Origin: Corallococcus sp.
GTDB taxonomy: Bacteria; Bacillota; Clostridia; Christensenellales; CAG-314
Length of the DNA stretch: 54,829 nucleotides
NCBI GenBank assembly: GCA_023667435.1
Contig: JAMPAB010000004.1
Coordinates: forward strand, 1 to 54,829
Direction: 5' to 3'
Every line of letters begins with the position of its first letter. Within the stretch, counting starts at the first letter, position 1. The position numbers and the translations under genes are program-made. Positions 51,833 through 54,829 of this stretch are shown here, one piece after another. The notes under the pieces are model-generated. The model worked only from the letters and a program-made list of their open reading frames with translations, made no database searches and was not told the DNA's origin.

Positions 51833-53071
51833 TTAGGCATTATCGACAGAATTCGTTTCCTGCAAATCCGCGCTTTGTTCTTCGCCGTTCTCGGCAGAAT
51901 CTTTACTTTTCTTTTTGCGGCATTTTTCCTTTATCGATACGAAAAGCTTAACGCCCCCTTTCTTCATCAATCCGACCATCCAATGTATGAACAGCGAAAA
52001 CGCAATGGCGAATATCATATAAAGCAGAGCGAACGAAATTGATCCGTTTGGGCGGTATAAATACCAGACGTCGCTTGTAAACTGCGTATAGTCGAAACCG
52101 CCGTTGTCGGGCAAAGCTTTACATATCAATCCGACGATTCCGCTGAAAACAAAGAATCCCAACATATGATGCATCATAATCGAATAGGTGTTGTCCGCTA
52201 TTGCTTTTACGACCTTGTTGCCTTCCAAAAAAGTATTGAGAAGCTTTGCTACTCTTAACCAGAAAAGTATTCCTAATGCGCCCACTGTAAAAGGCATCAT
52301 AAAATCACTGTCGAAATCGTTACACCACGCAAAAGTATACGTAGGGTTGCCTTTTCGCGCGATATTTATTATCATCTGCGCTAAAAATATAATGCCGAAG
52401 TATAAATAGCCGGGTATTTTATCGATAAACTCGATAAAACGCTTTACCAACATTCCCATACCGATAAACGGCATAAAAATCATAACCTTATCCAAAAGCA
52501 AAAACCAACCCTCGCGGTGACCGTTATATGCAAGGATTACGCCGCCGCAGCCTATCGCCAAATAAACGAAAAAGCAAATGAAAAGCTTGATATCTTCCTT
52601 AACGAAAAACAGCAGTTTTCTGAACAGAAGATTTAAAACTTCGGCGCAAAACAGCGGAAAAACGAACCAACTTGCCAAATTGAATACAAATTGATGTCCG
52701 TTAAACATCGGATACAGAAATAACGTCTGCGCATTTATCGGCGAAAAAGATATATTGGTAACTTTTGCAAGCAGCAACGATAACGCCGCGTAAACAAAAT
52801 TCCATAAAAACAACGGGATAATCAGGCGCTTGACTTTTTTCCAAATATAGGAAAACGGCCTTTTTTCGTTTTCGGATTTGTAAAAATAGCCCGAACAAAA
52901 TATAAAGAGTCCCAAATGAAACGCGTACGGAGGAAACCAATCGTAAAACAGTATTAACCCTCCGTTACCGCGATGACCCGCTACAATAAATATTATTCCT
53001 AAGGCGTATAAGATTTTAAATCTAAAATCTACACTCCCCCCCCCCCCATTCTTCGTTATGCTGTCCGTCAT
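51833..53071 (-). CDS. Acyltransferase family 3 (OafA-like) integral membrane protein
   Basis: 412 aa with at least 10 TM helices. FRFKILYALGIIFIVAGHRG is typical of the acyltransferase_3 N-terminus. Start taken at MTDSITK (ATG 53069-53071) after GGGAGG. Confidence 0.85.
   Translation of the reverse strand: MTDSITKNGGGGSVDFRFKILYALGIIFIVAGHRGNGGLILFYDWFPPYAFHLGLFIFCSGYFYKSENEKRPFSYIWKKVKRLIIPLFLWNFVYAALSLLLAKVTNISFSPINAQTLFLYPMFNGHQFVFNLASWFVFPLFCAEVLNLLFRKLLFFVKEDIKLFICFFVYLAIGCGGVILAYNGHREGWFLLLDKVMIFMPFIGMGMLVKRFIEFIDKIPGYLYFGIIFLAQMIINIARKGNPTYTFAWCNDFDSDFMMPFTVGALGILFWLRVAKLLNTFLEGNKVVKAIADNTYSIMMHHMLGFFVFSGIVGLICKALPDNGGFDYTQFTSDVWYLYRPNGSISFALLYMIFAIAFSLFIHWMVGLMKKGGVKLFVSIKEKCRKKKSKDSAENGEEQSADLQETNSVDNA
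53036..53047 (-). repeat. G12 homopolymer (C12 on the plus strand) within codons 9-12 of the acyltransferase gene
   Basis: Read directly: AAT GGG GGG GGG GGG AGT encodes N-G-G-G-G-S. In this assembly the gene is in frame. Confidence 0.9.
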
Positions 53072-53096
53072 TTCAAACCTCCCGTTAACAAAATAC

Positions 53097-53126
53097 ATTG
53101 TACTTCATCGAACGGCGAAAAGTCAA
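53097..53126 (-). promoter_or_regulatory. Sigma-A-type promoter of the acyltransferase gene
   Basis: Minus strand TTGACT, 18-nt spacer, TACAAT. The palindrome GTCAAC-tt-GTTGAC (53122-53135) overlaps the -35. Confidence 0.55.
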
Positions 53127-53405
53127 CTTGTTGACGTAATTGCGTATCGACTGACGGAACAAAGCATTAATTTTCTCTTTTATGTACTACGTTTTTATAC
53201 GAGGAACCGCGTTTTTAAAAATAGTTTTCAAAATAAATAATTTTCCGCCGACAGTCACGTCACGATAATCCGCGCGGGAAATATTTTGTATCTCACGGCG
53301 TAATCAACGCGAATTGGTCGCATACGAATGCGGTATAATCAACGCTTACAGCGATTAGACTTTCCCGTTAATAACTTGTAATTTATTTAACTTTCGATTG
53401 TTATG

Positions 53406-54383
53406 TCAATACCACTCGGCATAGATAGTCAAGTCTCTGTACGGATAAATTTCGTTGAATATATTGTATATATTTATCTTGTCGCCATCGTCGTTAATAT
53501 AATACCAGCTGTAAAATTCGAATCCGTCTTTTGTCGGCGGAACAAAGTCGAAATCTGCCGTTTCGCAATTATACGTTAATGGATTTTCGGAGGAGTTTGT
53601 AGCTCCGTCCAATATATAAGTAATGCTATACTCTATCGGCTTAATGCTTGCCGAAACCGTTACGGCGCAGTTAGGCATTATAAAGGTGTTGCCCTTAATG
53701 GGTTCCCCGTTTACTAAAAAGTGTTCCAGCTCGTAATTATCGTATATATCGTATTCTATGGTTATTTCCTCTCCCATATAGGCTTCGTAAGTCAAACAGC
53801 GAACGTCGCCATGCTCGACATATTCTACGTCTATCGCATAAGGCAGGTTATAGTAATGTGCATAAAGCGTAAGTTCACCGGTCGTACCCTGCGCTATTTT
53901 TTCAACCTTAAAATCTTCCAAAGTGTCCAAATACATTTCGATATCGGCAAAATAAGTGTACCAACCGCCGAACTCAAAACCGCTCTTTACAGGCTGAATT
54001 AGGTTTATTTCGCCGTCTGCAACCGTGTATGCGGAAGGGTTGCCGTCCAAAACTTCGCCGCCGTTCAATACGTACTTGATAGAATAGATTAAAAGTTCAA
54101 ACTCGGCAGAAACTTCCACTGCACTTTTGGGCATTATAAATGAACTGCCCTCTATAGATATTCCATTTACATAATATCCCGTGAGTTTATAGCCTATCGC
54201 CGGCTTGCAAGAAAGAATTACGTTTTCACCCTCTCTAGCCCTTGTTTTAAGGGAGTAAACCTCGCCGTGTTCAACGTACTGCGATATACTAATATCGTAA
54301 CTTTCTGCATTTCCACAGGCAGTAAAACAAAGACAACCGGTAACGAATACGACGAATAAAATCGCAACAGATAACTTTTTCAT
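53406..54383 (-). CDS. Lipoprotein with InlB B-repeat / Listeria-Bacteroides repeat domains
   Basis: Lipobox FTAC. Repeated modules GYKLTGYYVNG..FIMP..V.VSA.F and GFEFGGWYT / GFEFYSWYY. Confidence 0.7.
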   Translation of the reverse strand: MKKLSVAILFVVFVTGCLCFTACGNAESYDISISQYVEHGEVYSLKTRAREGENVILSCKPAIGYKLTGYYVNGISIEGSSFIMPKSAVEVSAEFELLIYSIKYVLNGGEVLDGNPSAYTVADGEINLIQPVKSGFEFGGWYTYFADIEMYLDTLEDFKVEKIAQGTTGELTLYAHYYNLPYAIDVEYVEHGDVRCLTYEAYMGEEITIEYDIYDNYELEHFLVNGEPIKGNTFIMPNCAVTVSASIKPIEYSITYILDGATNSSENPLTYNCETADFDFVPPTKDGFEFYSWYYINDDGDKINIYNIFNEIYPYRDLTIYAEWY

Positions 54384-54829
54384 AGATTTTTCTTCTCCTT
54401 ATAAAAGCCAAAAGCTTGCGGTAACAAGAGCCCGAGCGGAATTACAGGCAACGTGATTAACAACCCAAGCGCACCGAACGAGAGCGAAACGTAAACCGAA
54501 TAAACCAGCGAAACGTAAAAACTTAAAGTAAAAATCATTGCAACAGCTACTATGCCGCCTATTAAATAGGTTTTCAGTTTTTGATTTTTAAGCAACGTAA
54601 GAAATTCGGCTATTGCGACAAGCAACATAGGTATTACAAACATGAAAGAGCCTCCGAACAGCACCGCCGCGCTCACTATGCTTAACACGCCGTGAAATAT
54701 AAGTGCGCCTATAGTCATTTCAGACTTATTGAAAAACTTGCTTTTTACAAGCGTTGAAACGACGGTTACGATAGTAGACAACACGCAGAAAATTACGAGC
54801 AGCGCCGTATCCGCGCCTACGGCGATTAC
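54380..54829 (-). CDS. Hypothetical polytopic membrane protein (the 5' end probably runs off the window)
   Basis: The frame stays open and hydrophobic from the track's GTG (54784) to the window edge. Its stop overlaps the downstream ATG (ATGA). Confidence 0.55.
   Translation of the reverse strand, partial: VIAVGADTALLVIFCVLSTIVTVVSTLVKSKFFNKSEMTIGALIFHGVLSIVSAAVLFGGSFMFVIPMLLVAIAEFLTLLKNQKLKTYLIGGIVAVAMIFTLSFYVSLVYSVYVSLSFGALGLLITLPVIPLGLLLPQAFGFYKEKKNL

Overview
This is a chromosomal segment from a spore-forming Firmicute that looks Clostridia-like: it has spoIIGA-sigE, a SpoIIQ-like M23 peptidase, DUF1540, a YtaF-like protein and a large Bacillus-type SRP RNA. Most genes are on the minus strand.

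Core content:
- rpoB-rpoC-ybxF-rpsL-rpsG-fusA-tuf (51.2-38.0 kb)
- rpmG-secE-nusG-rplK-rplA-rplJ-rplL (35.6-32.3 kb)
- rplI, prs, ileS with a T-box-like leader, cdd, and the SRP RNA

Accessory content:
- A Type III restriction-modification operon (mod-res) transcribed divergently from two tandem XRE genes.
- Two further modules in which an XRE regulator faces a membrane-protein operon. In each, a perfect palindrome sits inside a near-consensus core promoter.
- A lipoprotein serpin.
- A GGGtGRT/NifU-like gene pair.
- A fusion of a zinc ribbon, a DUF2007-like domain and a pyrophosphatase-like domain.
- An OafA-type acyltransferase with a G12 tract in its 5' end.

Other notable points:
- rpoB is oversized at about 1470 aa, with an expanded lobe segment and a 130-aa hyper-acidic C-terminal tail.
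- The usual order of the rif and str gene blocks is rearranged.
- Tandem diverged repeats lie upstream of rplI and between a methyltransferase gene and an rluA-family gene.

I found no rRNA, tRNA, CRISPR array, transposase or integrase. All calls come from reading the sequence and the ORF translations. No database search was run, so family names are recognitions from motifs and should be confirmed with HMM or CM searches.
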